DNA of 63,644 nucleotides, filler included, from Folioceros fuciformis (taxonomy: Eukaryota): NCBI GenBank assembly GCA_049999805.1. It is 3 parts of 2 records of this genome, joined end to end, with 100 filler letters (N's around TTAATTAATTAA, not from the genome) between each part and the next. Parts side by side here need not be neighbours in the genome. Positions count along the whole stretch, not along the records: positions 51,344 to 63,644 come from JBNGIO010006348.1; 2 more parts are not named here. One strand, given 5' to 3'. The notes under the pieces are model-generated. The model did not search any database, was not told the origin of the DNA, and saw only the letters and a program-made list of their open reading frames with translations. Shown one piece after another: positions 61,040-63,644 of this stretch. The translations under genes and the position numbers were made by a program. Position 1 is the first letter of the stretch. Every line of letters starts with the position of its first letter.

Positions 61040-61885
61040 ATGATGGCCACAACGAAGGCTGAAGCTTGTTTTCTTCTTATTGCCCGTCATTTGCTTTCAG
61101 GCGGGACCCAGCCAATTGGCCTGTGCACAAGGATTCTACGAGGAGCTCAGGCTAGCCCCATCTTAGGGAGTCGACCCCTCGCAAGTAAGGCCTCCAGGTG
61201 CAGCAGTGTACGGAACCCACCAATTCCACTTCTGGGAGGGGGTGTGGGTGGTAGGGATGGATTTTCTAGCGATGGTCGTTCCCAGGAGCAGGAACACTTG
61301 TGGCATCAATTTTTTCTGGACCCTACCATGTGGTGGGACGACAGACGAAATAAGAAGAGCTCCCGCTCTCCTGACTTCCGGCGAAAGGGGTCCAACGAAG
61401 TGCTGTGCTTAAGCAACATGTTTAAGCCAGATTGGGTTGATGAGCAGCTCATGTCCTTGGATATCCAGATGGGCCATGGTGCCTCCCCCTCCAAGTTCAG
61501 GTTTTGGGATAGGATTGAACCTGGGAGGCGTGCAGGATCAGAAATGGCGGTTGGTACGGCTGTTACCGTGAGCATGTTATGTCAGCAGGGGAAGCTTTTT
61601 GAGGCCGTTGGAGCCCTGGAATCTCTGGCGGAGGCGGACTCTGGTGTTTCTCAGTCTCTGTTCTACACTGTCCTAAAACTGTGTATAGCTAGAAAGGATT
61701 TGGTTTCGGGGCGACGGGTTCACGATCTCACTGACAAACTTGGGTATGAGTCGAGTCCATACTTGGGGAACCATATCTTGCGCATGTATGCTTGTGGAGG
61801 TAGGCTGCCGGAGGCTATGGGTGTGTTCACCAGGGTGGGCAACCCTGGTGAACACAACCATGGCCTCCTGCAGCACACTTCATAG
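61040..61885 (+). pseudogene. Truncated PPR gene: transit-peptide-like N-terminus, OSB/PTAC9-type PDF motif and first PLS PPR motifs
   Basis: WHQFFLDPTMWWDDRRNKKSSRSPDFRRK (PDF motif); TVSMLCQQG...LGNHILRMYACGG is homologous to the start of the PPR modules at about 11250 and 9190. Confidence 0.75.
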
Positions 61886-62621
61886 GAAGTTCATGCGATT
61901 GCAATGATGGTCAGCATGGAAGAAGGCAGAGATGGAGGATAGGTAGACAGAGGGCGGCTTCAAGCTCTCTTCCAGATGTTGAAATTCCATACAGATATCG
62001 TGGTGAACGGTCCTAAGGAAGGGAAATCAAGGCTGAAAGCCATTCTTAGGGTCCCTCGCCTAGCAAAAGATGAGTGCTTTCTGTTTTGCGTGAACGCCCA
62101 TGGTGGGACTGATGAAGACGGAAGACAGTATGTTTTTGCTCAGGTGAAGCAGGCAAGGCGGAGAAGCTTTATGTTGAAGAAGAAATTTGAATCCCATCCC
62201 TGAATGCGAGTATTTGGCAAACAAGCCTGAGGTGGTTGTCGTAAATGCTTGCCGAGGCACTGGCACTCTTGTCAGAAGCATGAACGCACAGGGGTTGAGC
62301 CCCGCCGGCCTTGCCACTACCAGCAAAGCCGAAGGGTCAGACGTTCAGGGAAGCCAGGGTCCCAGCAATAGAATTCGACCCTTGTATCACGCGATAGATT
62401 TTCTCATCGTCTTCTCTACCAGTTCTGGAGATTTATCCTTCAGAAATGTTGAGGATGGCACAAGCTTCATCATAGCTTTCATGAGGGCCATCATTAAACA
62501 CTCTGAAAATGAAGATGTGTCGAGCATTCTAACAAGAGTGATTCGCAAGGTCACCCAAATGCAGGGAGTGCAGTGTCCTCAGTTCCTCAGCTCACTCACT
62601 GGAAAGCTATACTGGTCTTAA
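61886..62621 (+). pseudogene. Caspase-like (peptidase C14A-type) p20+p10 domain, interrupted by a TAG and two apparent 1-nt deletions
   Basis: AIAMMVS...GRDGG*VDRGRLQALFQMLKF; DECFLFCVNAHG (His codon 62099); CEYLANKPEVVVVNACRG (Cys codon 62250); p10 DFLIVFSTSSGDLSFR...QCPQFLSSLTGKLYWS. Confidence 0.75.
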
Positions 62622-63644
62622 CCACTCCATTCCCTGCACATGCCTGGTTGGCTAGCGTGAGGAGCGTGTGATCAGGGCCTGTAGTGCCTTCCATCAAGCG
62701 TCAGGTATCAAGTGTCTCTCTAGCTGCATACTGTACTGCCTGTTTGTTGGTGTGTCGAACTGCTTCTGATACGACCTTCTCACGTCTCCTCCCTTTCTAT
62801 GCCTGTTTGGCAAGAACGTCCTCTCAAAGGGTCCTTGTGTGGATGAACAGATGATGGGACGTGGAGGCCATGCGTAGGGAGGGAAGATCGTGCTGTGTTC
62901 GTACACAGGTGGGAGGTGATTGTTTCAAGAAGCAAGTCCAAGTTTGGGGTCTTGTGGTGTTTACATTGTTCTGTTCACCAGCGTGAGGATGTATGCTTCA
63001 TCTTCTCTTCCCAACCAGCCAAAAGCTGGGATAGGTAGTCCCTCTCTGAAATCGCGTCCGGAGGGTGTGCTTTCATGTCACAGTGATAGCAGAGCTCGTG
63101 ATAATTGTATCAGGTTTGCAAGCACGTGAAGGGGCCTTGTCGGGTGTTTTGGGTTTGGTCTTGTCGCCGTCGTTTATCCTTGTTAGGAACACATTGTTCT
63201 CTCTCTTGCTTTTTCAATAAAACCCGTCGTCGTGCCCCTCGTCAAACTTGAATTTGCTCCCTGGAGCAGCCACATGACATCTTCACACGCAGCAACGCCC
63301 AGAGCAGGAGAAGCCCGGATCAGACGCCTCCGGCAAGCGCTGCCGCCTCACTTTCACCTGATCATCCAGTGCACAGTGTGTCAACAGCGGCGACTATGAC
63401 GCCTGCAATTAGGCACGCCCGCTGATCCCATCTCATCACATAAAGTGCCATAAAGCGAGCAAGTACTATGCCGACCACAGGCACGGTGGCTGCTATGTAC
63501 TCGGCGGCGGCGGCGTAGGCAAGCCACTTCCAAGCAGGAAAAGGTCGTCCAGAGCATGAAGTCTGGAGAAGAGTGATCTCATCTCAGCTGGACCCGGCAT
63601 CTCAGCTGGACCCGGATCCGAAACAGAGTGCAAAGACGGAACGT

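Noticed and set aside
58716-63644. Duplicated block as a pure assembly artefact
   Set aside because: The copies differ by many scattered substitutions and have different upstream neighbours, so a real duplication is more likely, though an allelic join at the gap cannot be excluded.

Overview
Compact eukaryotic nuclear DNA from a land plant. Introns are short (about 80-200 nt), exons are GC-rich, and there are several N-gaps, two with an artificial TTAATTAATTAA spacer. PLS-class PPR genes with a PGQSWW-type E+/PG box suggest a hornwort-like bryophyte (inference). Recognisable genes: a coiled-coil protein, a GHL10/DUF187 glycoside hydrolase, a double-module PLS-PPR editing factor, tRNA-Val(CAC), a GDSL lipase with a C-terminal fasciclin-like domain, LigB/DODA, an RGS1-like 7TM protein with no visible RGS box, a ribosome-biogenesis cluster (three RPP0/uL10 copies, EMG1/NEP1, RPF1), an alpha-clade RDR, an L-type lectin receptor kinase, a DUF630/DUF632 protein and a RING-H2 protein. 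TE remnants include a non-autonomous LTR element, a Ty3/gypsy relic and a possible pogo-like relic. The most striking observation is in the last 9 kb: a disrupted TORNADO1-like LRR-ROC-COR gene next to duplicated sequence encoding an animal-type (C14A-like) caspase domain (His-Gly, NACRG, both Asp-pocket Arg residues, caspase-like p10). Second is a three-way-junction RNA structure conserved in the 5' leaders of two RPP0 paralogues. All family assignments come from motif recognition; no database search was run.
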